64,000 nt of DNA from an uncultured Draconibacterium sp. (GCA_963676775.2 CAXXDA010000001.1:12615-76614); one strand, 5' to 3'. Shown: positions 1 to 11,005, counted from the stretch's first letter. The notes: a model not told the origin generated them from the sequence alone. Translations and numbers: made by a program.

Positions 1-321
1 ATAATTGCCTGCTATAGCATCTTCTTCACTGTCGGCAGTTGGCAGAAAGTAACCGGGCATACTTATCGGATCCATATTGGGGCGGTGCATTAACGAAGAT
101 GAAAAGCCAAATTTCGGTAAATATGCCGTTCTGGCAACTTCTTGGTTTACCTGAGCTTCTTTATTTTGCAGAGCTGCTGTTTTTAATTCTTTGTTGAATT
201 CAACGGCCTGCTGACGACAATCTTCAAGGGTCATTACCTTTTGTCCTGAAGCATTGCTGAATGCGACGGCAAAAGAAAATATTACGATTGTGTTTACTAT
301 GATTTTTATTGATTTTTTCAT
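1..321 (-). CDS. TolC-family outer-membrane efflux protein, N-terminal part (gene runs off the left edge)
   Basis: Absent from the ORF track because there is no stop in the window. The reverse complement from ATG (321-319) reads MKKSIKIIVNTIVIFSFAVAFSNASGQKVMTLEDCRQQAVEFNKELKTAALQNKEAQVNQEVARTAYLPKF. That is a signal peptide followed by a typical OMF/TolC opening. It lies directly downstream of the MFP and RND genes on the same strand. Confidence 0.7.
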   Translation of the reverse strand, partial: MKKSIKIIVNTIVIFSFAVAFSNASGQKVMTLEDCRQQAVEFNKELKTAALQNKEAQVNQEVARTAYLPKFGFSSSLMHRPNMDPISMPGYFLPTADSEEDAIAGNY

Positions 322-355
322 TTCCTTTATCCTAAAATTGTGTTTGTCTTCTTCT

Positions 356-3300
356 TTAATTTTCTTTAAGACTACTTCCATCAACACGGTACAATACAGT
401 ATACAAAACAGGGACTACAACCAATGTAATTATTGAACCAACAGCCAGCCCAAACATAATTACAACTGCGGTAGAATTAAACATAGAGTCACTAAGTAGC
501 GGCGCCATTCCAAGAATTGTTGTCAGAGAAGCCATCATTACCGGGCGCAGACGCGATAAAGCAGAATCGATTGTTGCAGTTAAACGATCTTTCCCTGCCC
601 GGATATTCTGGTTTATTTCATCCAGTAACACCACCGCATTTTTAATCATCATACCAATAAGTCCCAATGCCCCGATAATTCCGGCAAAGGTCAGAAATAC
701 TCCTGTAGTTACCAGCCCCAGAACAACACCTACAAAAGCAAAAGGAACTATGAGGAATATAATTATAGGCTGTTTCAGATTATTAAACAGACCTATAATG
801 ATAATAGCCATTAAGCCGACAGCCAAAGGTAAAAACATGAACAATGCTTCGTTGGCTTCTCCTGAGCGGGCGGTAGCCCCTTCCCATTTCATTTCATAAC
901 CATCGGGTAACTCTAATGTTTCAACTTTTTGCTGAAATTTAGCCTGGACATCTGCTGCTGTGTATCCTTTTGCAGCATCGCATTGTGCTTTAATTGAACG
1001 CTGATTATCCAACCTGTTTATAAGCTCGTAATCCCATGTAACTTTTAATGTGTCTGCTATTTGCGATAAAGGTACACTTGCCCTGCTATGTTGCCCCCAT
1101 ACCGGAATATTCATCAGTTGTTCCACGTTGTTGCCCAATTTTGTATTTGTTCGCAATATAATCGGAAGCATTTCGTCTCCTTTATAAACAGCGCCAATTG
1201 GCATTCCATTTGTTGCCACAAGAATTGAATTTCCCATATCAGAACGAGTTAATCCAAGTGGCTGGGCCCGTTCCACAGAATATTCCGGAACAAGCTTTTT
1301 GGTTTGATTTTTCCAGTTGTCGGTAACATTGATTGCTGTTGGCTCATCCAAAAATATTTTCTTTGCCTGATTAGCCAAATCTTTTAATACAGCGGGATCT
1401 GGGCCAGTAAATTGTGCTTCGATATCTGCATCGGCAAAAGCAGCTCCATACTCTTCTACCTTGTAAAAAGCATCCGGATAGTTTTTGCTTAAGTACTGTT
1501 CAATTTGAGGAATAATCTCGGGTACCCTTTCTGTATTGTCCGTCTCAATAATTAAATCGCCATAATTGGAGCCTCCGGTAGCCATATGACGCATAAGTAA
1601 ATAACGTGCAGGTGGCCGGCCAACAGAGCCTGTTACAGAATGTACGCCATCCATTTTTAAAATATCCTCCTGTATTTGCTTCACATCCTTTTCTACAGCC
1701 TTAATATCGGCCCCTTGCGGCAGGTAATATTCAATAAAAAATTGGTTATAATCGATTTTCGACATAAAATCAACTTTTACAAAACGGAACGACCAGAATG
1801 CAAAAATCAAAATGGCAAAAGAACCTAGAGCAAATGCATATTTATTTCGTATTCCCCACTTCAGAAATCTCCCAAATATCCGGTAAAACTTAGAATTATA
1901 TGCTTCGGCATGTTCTCCCTTTGGACGTTCTTTACGGTAAAAATACTTCGCATTAAACGGTGTCTGTATCATGGCAAATACCCAGCTCAACGATAAAGAA
2001 ATAATCAACACTGTAAATAATGATGATAAGAATTCGCCAGCTTCATTTGGTGACATTCTTAAGGGGAGGAAAGCTAAAATAGCAACCGCTGTAGCGCCCA
2101 GTAAAGGAAGTGCTGTTTTCTTTGCGGTATTAACAAATGCTTTGCTTCTGTCCATTCCCGATTTTAAGTCAACCAGAATCCCATCAGCCACCACAATGGC
2201 ATTATCAACTAACATTCCCATGGCCAGAATAATAGCCGCTAAAGTTACCCGGTGCAATGGTAATCCAATACCAAGCATTACAATCAGGGTTCCCATAATA
2301 GTGAAGATGAGTCCACTTGAAATAAGTAAGCCTGAACGCAATCCCATGGCAAACATTAGTACGATAATAACTATACCAACCGACATGGCCAGGTTCATCA
2401 TAAAATTTTTAACTGCATCATCTACACGGTCGGGTTGATAGTACACCTGATTGATCTCTATTCCTGTAGGAAGTTCTTTTTGAATTTCAGCCAGTTTTTC
2501 ATCAAGGCGAGCGCCCAGTTTTACTACGTTAATGCCGCTTTCATTCGACAGGCCAAGTGTTAACCCTGGCTTGTTGTTATAGTACAAAGCTTCATTTTCC
2601 GGCTCCAGATACGATTTTTTTATTGTGGCAATATCACCTAAACGGAAGTTTCCTCCTCCGGGAACCTGAATCAAAAGGTTCTCGATTTCTTCAACACTTG
2701 TTATTTTCTTTCCAACTCCAACCCGAACTAATTCTTTCCCAACATCAACTGAGCCCGGATTAATTATGGTTGTCTCATTTTGAATGGCCGCCGCGATATA
2801 CATTGGATTGACGCTCAGACCTGCTAGCTGTTCCGATGAAAAGACAATATCAATCGTTTGGGTATGTTCACCAAAAACCTGCGAACGACGTACACCTTTT
2901 ACCCCTAATAGTTCCCTTTCTATGTATTCTGTATATTTCACCAATTCTTCATGACTGTAGCCATCAGCCGTTACAGCATATAGAATTCCGTACACGTCAG
3001 CAAAATCATCGTTAACAATCGGTTCCATTGCTCCTGAGGGTAATGAGCCTTTAGCATCGTTAACTTTTCTGCGAAGGTGATCCCAAAGCTGAGGCAGCTG
3101 GGGAGTTTTAACCGTTGGTTGAATATTGACAGTTATAAATGACAACCCGGGACGCGACACTGAGGTAATCTCATCGATATTTTCCAGTTTCTGAATGGCT
3201 TTTTCCAATAGATCAGTAACCTCCAGTTCCACTTCGTGTGCAGTTGCCCCTGGATAAACTGTTACTACCGTTGCTGCTTTTATTGGAATCTCAGCATCTT

Positions 3301-3400
3301 CTAATTTTCCAATGTTGTTATAAGCAATAATTCCACCTACCAATACTGCAAACAATATGGTGGAAATCATTGCTTTCTGATTTAAAAGCTTCTCTAACAT
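356..3400 (-). CDS. RND (HAE1/AcrB-type) multidrug efflux permease
   Basis: 1014-aa ORF with the 12-TM / two large periplasmic loop architecture. The N-terminus (AIxxxxKLPVxxxP-like 'IGKLEDAEIPIKAATVVTVYPGA') and the TM4 region are typical of the AcrB family. Its ATG overlaps the MFP stop by 1 nt (TAATG at 3398-3402). Confidence 0.93.
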   Translation of the reverse strand: MLEKLLNQKAMISTILFAVLVGGIIAYNNIGKLEDAEIPIKAATVVTVYPGATAHEVELEVTDLLEKAIQKLENIDEITSVSRPGLSFITVNIQPTVKTPQLPQLWDHLRRKVNDAKGSLPSGAMEPIVNDDFADVYGILYAVTADGYSHEELVKYTEYIERELLGVKGVRRSQVFGEHTQTIDIVFSSEQLAGLSVNPMYIAAAIQNETTIINPGSVDVGKELVRVGVGKKITSVEEIENLLIQVPGGGNFRLGDIATIKKSYLEPENEALYYNNKPGLTLGLSNESGINVVKLGARLDEKLAEIQKELPTGIEINQVYYQPDRVDDAVKNFMMNLAMSVGIVIIVLMFAMGLRSGLLISSGLIFTIMGTLIVMLGIGLPLHRVTLAAIILAMGMLVDNAIVVADGILVDLKSGMDRSKAFVNTAKKTALPLLGATAVAILAFLPLRMSPNEAGEFLSSLFTVLIISLSLSWVFAMIQTPFNAKYFYRKERPKGEHAEAYNSKFYRIFGRFLKWGIRNKYAFALGSFAILIFAFWSFRFVKVDFMSKIDYNQFFIEYYLPQGADIKAVEKDVKQIQEDILKMDGVHSVTGSVGRPPARYLLMRHMATGGSNYGDLIIETDNTERVPEIIPQIEQYLSKNYPDAFYKVEEYGAAFADADIEAQFTGPDPAVLKDLANQAKKIFLDEPTAINVTDNWKNQTKKLVPEYSVERAQPLGLTRSDMGNSILVATNGMPIGAVYKGDEMLPIILRTNTKLGNNVEQLMNIPVWGQHSRASVPLSQIADTLKVTWDYELINRLDNQRSIKAQCDAAKGYTAADVQAKFQQKVETLELPDGYEMKWEGATARSGEANEALFMFLPLAVGLMAIIIIGLFNNLKQPIIIFLIVPFAFVGVVLGLVTTGVFLTFAGIIGALGLIGMMIKNAVVLLDEINQNIRAGKDRLTATIDSALSRLRPVMMASLTTILGMAPLLSDSMFNSTAVVIMFGLAVGSIITLVVVPVLYTVLYRVDGSSLKEN

Positions 3401-4473
3401 TACAGCAGCCCTCCTATATTCGTTACTGAAGGAGCTGGAAGCGGTTCTACTTTTTGTCCTTCAACCAGATAGTGAACACCTGCTGTAACAACCTGTTCCC
3501 CGTTGTTTACACCTGAGGAAATATTCACTCTTCCCTGTGTGCCATCCAAAGCAATTTTTACTTCACGTTTTTTTACTTTGCTGGTGGAAGGATTATATAT
3601 CCACACGTAAGTACTGGTTTTTTCGTGGAAAATGGCTGTTGTAGCAACCGACAATTGGTTTTCTTCTGTCTTGCAATAAATGGTTATTTCCGCGGTCATT
3701 CCGGGAGCAACTTTTAAATCATTTTTGTTTTCAAATGAAAATTTGACTTCATACAATCCATCCTGCATTGCTTTTTCACTTACGCTCAGCAACTGAACCG
3801 GAAGCTGTTTTATTCCCGCATTAGCAACATTAAGAAAGCTTTGCTTATCGCTTTTTATTCTGTTTAATTGACTTTCTGCGACCGATACAATAACTTCCAA
3901 ATGAGAATTATCGATAATGGAAACAATTGGAGTACCTGCTCCGACTGTTTGAAAATTCTCCACAAATTTTTCGTAGATATAACCAGGAAAAGGTGCTTTT
4001 AACTCCGTGTCACGCAGCTGGTTTTGAGCATTTTCATACGCCGTTTTTGTCATCAGATATCCCGATTTGATTTTTTCAAAGGTGTTTTCCGGAATTTTGT
4101 TTTGTTCGATCAATTGTTTGTAACGATTGTACTCCCCTTTAGTCTGTTCGAATTGGGCCCTGGTTGTTTCTAATTGAAGTTGGTAATCGCGTTTATCAAC
4201 TTCGGCGATAATTTGTCCGGCGCGAACATAATCACCCTGTTTTACATTCAGCTTTTTTAACGGGCCTCCTACACGAAAAGAAAGCATGGTTAGACTTTTT
4301 TCCTTAACTTTTCCGTTAAGGACCATTGTGTTCTGAACGGCATCGTCGGTAACTGTTTCTAATTTAACTTTTTTAATTGTTTTGGCCTGAGGCGCTTCTT
4401 CTGTTGAACTTTTACATCCTGATAATGCCAAAGCTGCAACTACCATTGCGAGGAAAATGTTGTTGAATTTCAT
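3400..4473 (-). CDS. RND efflux periplasmic adaptor (membrane fusion protein), lipoprotein
   Basis: 357 aa with a lipoprotein signal (LALSGC). Biotinyl-lipoyl-like, coiled-coil and beta-barrel segments typical of the HlyD/AcrA family. First gene of the MFP-RND-OMF operon. Confidence 0.88.
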   Translation of the reverse strand: MKFNNIFLAMVVAALALSGCKSSTEEAPQAKTIKKVKLETVTDDAVQNTMVLNGKVKEKSLTMLSFRVGGPLKKLNVKQGDYVRAGQIIAEVDKRDYQLQLETTRAQFEQTKGEYNRYKQLIEQNKIPENTFEKIKSGYLMTKTAYENAQNQLRDTELKAPFPGYIYEKFVENFQTVGAGTPIVSIIDNSHLEVIVSVAESQLNRIKSDKQSFLNVANAGIKQLPVQLLSVSEKAMQDGLYEVKFSFENKNDLKVAPGMTAEITIYCKTEENQLSVATTAIFHEKTSTYVWIYNPSTSKVKKREVKIALDGTQGRVNISSGVNNGEQVVTAGVHYLVEGQKVEPLPAPSVTNIGGLL

Positions 4474-4759
4474 GTGTTAACGATTTGTTCTTGTTTTCTG
4501 TTTCCGTTTTGTATGTTTCTTTTTGCGGGCGAAATTAGGAAGAAAATATTCGCCTGTCTGGCAAGAATGTGTCAACTGCTAAAAGTTATTTGTGAAATGC
4601 ATAAACCTGAACTTGACATATAAAATTCAAAGTTCCCCTGAATATTACCTATGTTGAAAGAGGATTTTTTTTAATTGAAACTGAATGAATGGAGGATATT
4701 TGCGTGTGAAAATCAGGCCAGAAACAAAACAGTTTACGAGGTAGTTGTTTGGGCTATTT

Positions 4760-5788
4760 TTAAAGTACATTTACTATTTCTATCATCGCTCTGAAATTCT
4801 CATACGGAATATATGTTGGAATACTGTTCCCTGAACCGAGTGCATAGCTTCCTTTATCTGCCGTTAATTCCAGTAACTTTTTGGCCCGTTTTTTTATTTC
4901 ATCAGGTGTCGAACTTGCCAGAAAGTTCATGTCTATTCCACCCAATATAGCAATTCGGTCGTGGTATTTTTCCCATTCAGTTTCAACGGGTGAAATAATA
5001 TCTTCATACGAATGTAAACCATCAAATTTCATGTCATCGATAATATCATTCATTATCGCTGATCGGTTACCACACGAATGTAAAATAGCCGGTTTATTTT
5101 TGGCGTGAATGGATTCCACAAATTTTTTGTTCCATGGGAAGACATATTTTCGTAACATGTCGGGCGGGAACATGGTTTGTGTTTTAAACCCCCAGTCATC
5201 GTTACAAATTACTGCTCCTACTGAAGGAAACTGCGTAACAATTTCATAATAGCGTAACAACCTGGAGCCAATAGCATCAAAAATCTGTTCGGTTAATTCT
5301 TCATTGTCGAGGCTCATTAAGCAAAGGTTTTCAAAACCGACCAGTTCAATTGCATTTTCCAAGAGTCCACCGGGTGTGCTAGCAACCAGTCTCATGCCAT
5401 CAGGGATCTCCTTTTCCAGACGATTATATATATCGTAATTGCCGGTTTCGGGATCAGGCCAATCATATTCATCAAAGGTTCTTTCATCAGTAATCACAAA
5501 TCCTTCATTTAATGATTTGCTGCTTTTTAGGTTTACATCTTCCTTCTGAAACCATAGAGTTTTAGTATGCCAGGTTGGAATAGTTGCATAGTCGTATCCG
5601 GCATTCTTAAATGCACTGATTATTATTCTGAAAATCCGTAAATCGTTGTTATTGTTTTTGGCTTTTTCGTCGGCGAGGTATTCGTAAAGATTATCATTTA
5701 GGAAAAATTCAAATAAAGTAGGTCTTTTAGGTTTTCCTTTTCTCAGAATCTTTAGAAGGTTGTTAAAGTCAGGCTGCCTTTTTTGCAT
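4760..5788 (-). CDS. Uroporphyrinogen decarboxylase (URO-D/MtaA-like) family protein
   Basis: 342 aa. The C-terminal half shows 'ILHSCGN', 'ILGGIDMNFLASSTPDEIKKRAKKLL' and 'GSGNSIPTYIPYENFRAMIE', which resemble the URO-D TIM-barrel family. The exact substrate cannot be inferred. Confidence 0.6.
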   Translation of the reverse strand: MQKRQPDFNNLLKILRKGKPKRPTLFEFFLNDNLYEYLADEKAKNNNNDLRIFRIIISAFKNAGYDYATIPTWHTKTLWFQKEDVNLKSSKSLNEGFVITDERTFDEYDWPDPETGNYDIYNRLEKEIPDGMRLVASTPGGLLENAIELVGFENLCLMSLDNEELTEQIFDAIGSRLLRYYEIVTQFPSVGAVICNDDWGFKTQTMFPPDMLRKYVFPWNKKFVESIHAKNKPAILHSCGNRSAIMNDIIDDMKFDGLHSYEDIISPVETEWEKYHDRIAILGGIDMNFLASSTPDEIKKRAKKLLELTADKGSYALGSGNSIPTYIPYENFRAMIEIVNVL

Positions 5789-6202
5789 CTTTTATATATT
5801 AGAAAACTTAAAATTACAATTTTCATAAACTCATATCACTAAACCTTTTGTAATTTCTTTTTAAATAGTTAAACCTGTTTTATAAACAGAATTTTTACAT
5901 TATATCGGAATCATTTTTCTTATTTCAACCACAATTATTTTATAAACTTACCTGGCTGGCTATAAAATCACTCCCAAAAGTAAACAGTTTTGACAGTGCT
6001 CATGATTCTTCAAATATATATACTTCATATTTGAAAGAGGCATAATGTAAAATGTTAGCGACTGAAACTGCCAGCGACCAAAAATGCCGACACCATATTT
6101 ACCAATGTAAGCACTGCTTTGCTTTTGTCACAGTAGGATTAAACGAAAAGAACCGCCCTTTTAAAGAACAGTTCTTCTCATAACTAATGTTTAAGATCTT
6201 TT

Positions 6203-7573
6203 TTATTTACTCATTTCAGCAAAATGTTTGTAGAAAAGCGGGATGGTTCTTATTCCATTAAAAAACTGCTCCAGTGGGTAGTTTTCGTTTGGGGAATGGA
6301 TAGCATCCGATTCGAGGCCAAATCCCATCAGAACCGATTTAATTCCCAGAACTTCTTCCAAGGTTGAAATAATAGGAATACTTCCGCCTGAACGAACCGG
6401 CACCGGACGTTTCCCGTAAACTTCGGTGAATGCTTTTTCTGCCGCCTGATAAGCCGGAATATTGATTGGGCATATGTAGCCCTGTCCTCCGTGCAGCGAT
6501 GTAACTTCCACTTTTACACTTTTTGGTGCAATGCTTTCAAAATGCTTTTTAAATAATTCAGCAATTTTAAGGTGATCCTGATTTGGTACCAGCCGGGAAG
6601 ATATTTTGGCATATGCTTTCGATGGCAAAACGGTTTTGGCTCCTTCGCCGGTATATCCGCCCCAAATTCCACAAACATCGAATGACGGACGGATACCTGT
6701 GCGTTCGTTAGGTGTAAATCCTTTTTCGCCAGCCAACTCTTCAATATCAATGGCTTTTTTATATTTTTCTTCGTCAAATGGAGCTCTTCCCAGCAAGTCG
6801 CGTTCTTCTGCAGAAACTTCCAAGACATCATCGTAAAACCCCGGGATCGTAATTTTCCCCTGCCCATCTACCATTTGGTCAATCATGGAGCAAAGTACAT
6901 TTATAGGGTTAGCAACGGTGCCACCGAATAATCCGGAGTGGAGATCACGACTTGGGCCGGTAACTTCCACCTGCCAGTAAGCGAGTCCGCGTAAGCCGGT
7001 TGTAATGGATGGAATATCCTTGGCAATCATTGATGTGTCGGAAACCAGAATTATATCAGCTTTCAGCATCTCCTTATTTTCTGCGCACCATTTCCCTAAA
7101 TTGGGCGAGCCCACTTCCTCTTCGCCTTCAATCATAAACTTGACATTGCAGGGCAGGGTATTGGTTTTCACCATTAATTCGAATGCTTTGGCATGCATCA
7201 TCCCCTGGCCTTTATCATCGTCGGCACCACGGGCATAAATTTTTCCATCGCGAATTTCCGGTTCAAAGGGATCCGAATCCCATTTTTCAATTGGATCTAC
7301 CGGCATTACGTCCATGTGGGAATAGATGAGTATTGTTGGCAGATTTGAGTCGATAATCTTTTCCCCGTAAGTTACCGGATTTCCATCGGTTTCAAAAACA
7401 CCGGCTTTATCTGCTCCCGATTCCAGCAACAGATTTTTCCAGTATTCTGCTGCTTTGTACATATCGGCTTTATGACTTTTTATAGAACTGATGGAAGGAA
7501 TCCGAATCAATCCGAAAAGTTCTTCCAAAAAGCGGTCTTTATTCTTATCAATATAATTATTTATGGTATCCAT
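6203..7573 (-). CDS. M20-family metallo-dipeptidase
   Basis: 456 aa with 'ILIYSHMDVMPVD', 'ARGADDDKG' and 'MIEGEEEVGS' metal-ligand motifs of peptidase family M20 (Dug1/CNDP-like dipeptidases). Confidence 0.85.
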   Translation of the reverse strand: MDTINNYIDKNKDRFLEELFGLIRIPSISSIKSHKADMYKAAEYWKNLLLESGADKAGVFETDGNPVTYGEKIIDSNLPTILIYSHMDVMPVDPIEKWDSDPFEPEIRDGKIYARGADDDKGQGMMHAKAFELMVKTNTLPCNVKFMIEGEEEVGSPNLGKWCAENKEMLKADIILVSDTSMIAKDIPSITTGLRGLAYWQVEVTGPSRDLHSGLFGGTVANPINVLCSMIDQMVDGQGKITIPGFYDDVLEVSAEERDLLGRAPFDEEKYKKAIDIEELAGEKGFTPNERTGIRPSFDVCGIWGGYTGEGAKTVLPSKAYAKISSRLVPNQDHLKIAELFKKHFESIAPKSVKVEVTSLHGGQGYICPINIPAYQAAEKAFTEVYGKRPVPVRSGGSIPIISTLEEVLGIKSVLMGFGLESDAIHSPNENYPLEQFFNGIRTIPLFYKHFAEMSK

Positions 7574-7663
7574 ACTAATTTTTTAATTGAGTTTCATTAT
7601 CAAAACAGGATTTCGAAATTATAGTTTTCAGACATTGTAAAAAAGTATAAATATCATGTTGAG

Positions 7664-7698
7664 ATACAAAAAAGGGCAGTCCGTTTGAACTGCCCTTT
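7664..7698 (-). terminator. Rho-independent terminator after the TPR lipoprotein gene
   Basis: Perfect 10-bp stem: aaagggcagt (7671-7680) pairs with actgcccttt (7689-7698), with an 8-nt loop. The A-run at 7667-7673 becomes a T-run after the hairpin on the minus strand. Confidence 0.8.
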
Positions 7699-7720
7699 GA
7701 AATATCTTCGATGGATTGTA

Positions 7721-9484
7721 TTAGTCTACAATTGCTTTGAATTTCGGATTATCGAAATACTTGGCAAATTCCATATCTGTTTTAGCGTGAGCTTTCATAT
7801 CAGCATTGATGTCTACAGCTTCCTGCAGGCTATCGAACATTAGATTTTCTTTAGCAGTGCGGGCACCGATAACAGCTTTCAGGTATTCTTTCATAAAGCA
7901 GTTCGGACGCTGGAAAGTTTCCAAATCTCTCAATGCACCATTGTTGTCGCCTGCCAGGATCTTAGCCAGTGCAGTATTGACGTCTGCATCGCTGCTGAAA
8001 TATTTAACAGCCTGGCTGTAATTTGCTTTTTTGATGCTAACAATTCCGAGGTTGTAGTTTACTTCGTCTCCAGCTCCTGAAGCTGCACCAAACAGAGTTT
8101 CAGCTTTAGCAATGTCGCCGTCATGCAATGCAATAGCACCCAGGTTGTTCTTTATAATAGGTTCATCATTTTTCAGTCTTTCAGCTTTTTCGAACAATGG
8201 TTTGGCCTGATCGTATTTATTTTGTTTTACCAATACATAACCTGCATTGTTTGGTCCTCTCCAATCATCAGGATAAACTTTGATGAAAGAGTTGTAAACT
8301 GAAAGTTGTTCATTCAGGTCTTCAAATAATGTAGCAGCATAAAGTAATTCTGCAGGATTTAGTGAAGCCGGGTCTGATTTGGCAAGTGCTTTTAGCTCAG
8401 CATCAGATTTACCAATTAAATCAACACTGGTAAGTAATTTTGCACGACGCAGTTGTGGAAGAATTTCATCAGCTACTTCGGTAAATGCTTCTGAAAGATT
8501 TCTTATTTCACGTTCACGAACTTCCGGGTCGTTGTACATCGAAAGTACACGTAAAATAAGTTCTTTATCCTGTATGTTCGATTTTTCCATCAACTCTTTA
8601 AAACCTTCCCAGTCTTCAGGAGTGTATTTTGTTTTTAGTTCAATATCTACACCTGCATCTTTCAATTTCTTCGCAAGGAATGCAGAAGAAGTATTTTTAC
8701 GTTTGGCAGCCAGTTCAGCATTGAAATCGATTGTTCCATCAGGTGATGCATAAGCAGAAACCTCAACATCTTTTAAATCGATTTTACTATCTTCATTTGC
8801 TTTTTTAGTGTAATCTTCCAGCATTTTAACATCATCTCCTTCTGTTTCTGATCTGCGAATATTGGAACGATTGATCAGGTAATGTATATCGGCCAGCATT
8901 TCATCAGGAACAATTCTTTGGAATGGGTCGATATTCGGATCGTATTTGCCGGTATTGTTAGCTTCACGACGCACACCGAGAATCGGTTTTGGCATGTTCA
9001 CCACCAATTCGCTGGTAGCAATAACACCGTCTGCGATCTTAATCGGGGTAAAATCAACTGATTTTGCACCTTTGGAAGCAGTAATATTTACATAAAGTTC
9101 TGATTTTGCCATTGCATCTTTGTAGTCAACAGCATCTTTATAACTAAAGCTTCCACCTGTTTGATAACTAATTACTTTGTTGTTGGCTTCAACTTTCTCT
9201 CCCTGAACTGTAACCGGTTCATAAGCAGTTTCGCCACCATCATATTTCAGAACAGGAGTTGCTACCAATGTAGCTTTTTTGTTGAAATACTTGGCCGGGA
9301 ATTTTCCGTCGATGGCTACGTCTACCTTGCTGGCATTAGCTTCAAGGACTTCCGGAGTAACTTTAAAATTGATTTGGTCAGCATTTTTTTTCATTTTTTG
9401 CAGCCCTGCGCAACCTGAAAAAATCACTGCAACCATTGCAGCTAGCATTAAAGGCTTAAAATTGAATTTTTTCATAACGGACAA
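7721..9484 (-). CDS. Lipoprotein with C-terminal TPR repeats (function unknown)
   Basis: 587 aa with a lipoprotein signal (VIFSGC). The central segment 'AYASPDGTIDFNAELAAKRKNTS' resembles a degenerate OmpA-like motif. The C-terminal third has TPR-like repeats (NNAGYVLVKQNKYDQAKPLFEKA...). Confidence 0.6.
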   Translation of the reverse strand: MSVMKKFNFKPLMLAAMVAVIFSGCAGLQKMKKNADQINFKVTPEVLEANASKVDVAIDGKFPAKYFNKKATLVATPVLKYDGGETAYEPVTVQGEKVEANNKVISYQTGGSFSYKDAVDYKDAMAKSELYVNITASKGAKSVDFTPIKIADGVIATSELVVNMPKPILGVRREANNTGKYDPNIDPFQRIVPDEMLADIHYLINRSNIRRSETEGDDVKMLEDYTKKANEDSKIDLKDVEVSAYASPDGTIDFNAELAAKRKNTSSAFLAKKLKDAGVDIELKTKYTPEDWEGFKELMEKSNIQDKELILRVLSMYNDPEVREREIRNLSEAFTEVADEILPQLRRAKLLTSVDLIGKSDAELKALAKSDPASLNPAELLYAATLFEDLNEQLSVYNSFIKVYPDDWRGPNNAGYVLVKQNKYDQAKPLFEKAERLKNDEPIIKNNLGAIALHDGDIAKAETLFGAASGAGDEVNYNLGIVSIKKANYSQAVKYFSSDADVNTALAKILAGDNNGALRDLETFQRPNCFMKEYLKAVIGARTAKENLMFDSLQEAVDINADMKAHAKTDMEFAKYFDNPKFKAIVD

Positions 9485-9573
9485 TATTATTTTTAAATTA
9501 TTTATGAATTTTTTCGTTTAGTCACAAAAATAACAAGCTTTTTCTGATAAAAAAGCAGCTAAACAAGTTTTTA

Positions 9574-10209
9574 TCACAATATTAGTCGGTTTTCCCCTAA
9601 TTTATATTCGCTTTTAAAAATTGCAGCTTTCAATTGTTCATAATGTTCGGGATTATTAACAAAATCTATGTTGTTAGTATCGATTATTAAAACGGGAAAT
9701 GATTTAACCTGTTTAAAAAAATCAAAATACCCTTTTTTTATTTTATCGAGGTAGCCCGGATTAATGTTTTGTTCATAATCGCGTCCCCGCTTAGTTATAT
9801 TTTTAAGTAGTTTATCATTTCCAGCATGTAAATAAACATAGAGGTCGGGTTTAGGCATCGATTCAAAAACTATGTCGAATATTTGCCTGAATAATCGATA
9901 TTCATCTTCTTTTAATGTGTTTCGGGCAAAAATGGATGATTTGGCGAAGTAATAGTCGGCTATTAAAAACGAATAAAAGAGATCGAGGTTAAGTACCTGA
10001 TTTTTTATTTGGTTATAGCGGTCGGCGAGAAATGAAAGTTCAAGCGGAAAGGAATAACGTTCCTGGTCATGGTAAAATTTTGGAAGAAATGGATTATCGG
10101 CAAACTGTTCCAAAATAAGTTTAGCGTTGTATTCTTCAGCCAGTTTTGAAGCCAGTGTTGTTTTTCCTGCTCCGATATTTCCTTCAATTACTAAAAACTG
10201 CATCTTCAC
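9574..10209 (-). CDS. Deoxynucleoside kinase
   Basis: 211 aa with P-loop 'IEGNIGAGKTTL' followed by 'EQFADNPFLPKFY', typical of the dNK/dGK family. Confidence 0.88.
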   Translation of the reverse strand: MKMQFLVIEGNIGAGKTTLASKLAEEYNAKLILEQFADNPFLPKFYHDQERYSFPLELSFLADRYNQIKNQVLNLDLFYSFLIADYYFAKSSIFARNTLKEDEYRLFRQIFDIVFESMPKPDLYVYLHAGNDKLLKNITKRGRDYEQNINPGYLDKIKKGYFDFFKQVKSFPVLIIDTNNIDFVNNPEHYEQLKAAIFKSEYKLGENRLIL

Positions 10210-10522
10210 TTAATAGTTTTCCTGTGTCTCAATTTTAATAGTTTAGTAAATTTCTTCATTAGGCAAATAGTCATAAAATATTAAGCTATTTGTGGTTGTC
10301 GTAAAAGACTGTAAAATGGTATTTTATGCCTTTTGTTTAGAAATCTAGCAATACTATTGTTTTAAAAATTTCAAAAATACAGCTTAAATTTTTAAATGAA
10401 ATAGTATAATCCAATGAAATTTCTTCTTTGATGAACCGGAGCATTTATATAATTTCCGATAGACTGAACTATTGATTATTAATTAAAGATGTTGTAGTTG
10501 TGGCTGATTTTTGGTGCAGGAA

Positions 10523-11005
10523 CTACATTAGTTTTTTATTGCTCCTTATTTTGTTGTCTTTTGTATTGCCCCAGATATAGCCTGTAATGAGGCCAGCCGA
10601 GAAACCCATAGCAAGCATGGTCCAGTCATATGCAGGAAATAGTTTTAACAAAAGGTACCCCAGGACCAATCCTGCTACCATGCCGAAAAAAGAATACAAG
10701 TATACAAAATGAAAAGGAGTGTAAAAACCATGTGCTTTTTGCATATGCATGGAAAGTCTGCTAATCAAACGGTCGTATTCCCTACGTGTTTGTCCCGGCA
10801 CATGCACAGCTTCATCTATTTTTTCAATGTTGGTGGAAATATCAATTTTTTGTTTTTGACAGAATGGACAACTGTTTGAAAATGAGTCAACTCTTTCAAT
10901 GTTTCTTTTTAGTTCATCAATCCTGTAAAAACGAATTTCTTTTTCTTTGGTTCCTTTTAGTTTATCATCAATAGTTTGTTTTGTTTTTGTGGCCCAGTTT
11001 CCCAT
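10523..11005 (-). CDS. Hypothetical membrane protein (single CPFC pair plus two C-terminal TM helices)
   Basis: 160 aa. Charged N-terminal domain with a single 'CPFC' pair, then two hydrophobic helices (FVYLYSFFGMVAGLVLGYLLL, MLAMGFSAGLITGYIW). I do not recognise the family. Confidence 0.45.
   Translation of the reverse strand: MGNWATKTKQTIDDKLKGTKEKEIRFYRIDELKRNIERVDSFSNSCPFCQKQKIDISTNIEKIDEAVHVPGQTRREYDRLISRLSMHMQKAHGFYTPFHFVYLYSFFGMVAGLVLGYLLLKLFPAYDWTMLAMGFSAGLITGYIWGNTKDNKIRSNKKLM

Noticed and set aside
1971-2438. 155-aa plus-strand ORF (and 2557..2763) inside the RND pump gene
   Set aside because: It is antisense to a 1014-aa conserved transporter ORF and has no independent signals.
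5789-6202. 414-bp ORF-free spacer upstream of the URO-D/MtaA-like gene, examined for a cobalamin or other riboswitch, sRNA or tRNA
   Set aside because: There is no B12 box (GCCACTG) on either strand, no cloverleaf-like segments and only weak short palindromes (for example ctgttt-tat-aaacag near 5874-5890). I cannot support any RNA feature by eye. It remains an unexplained long AT-rich spacer.
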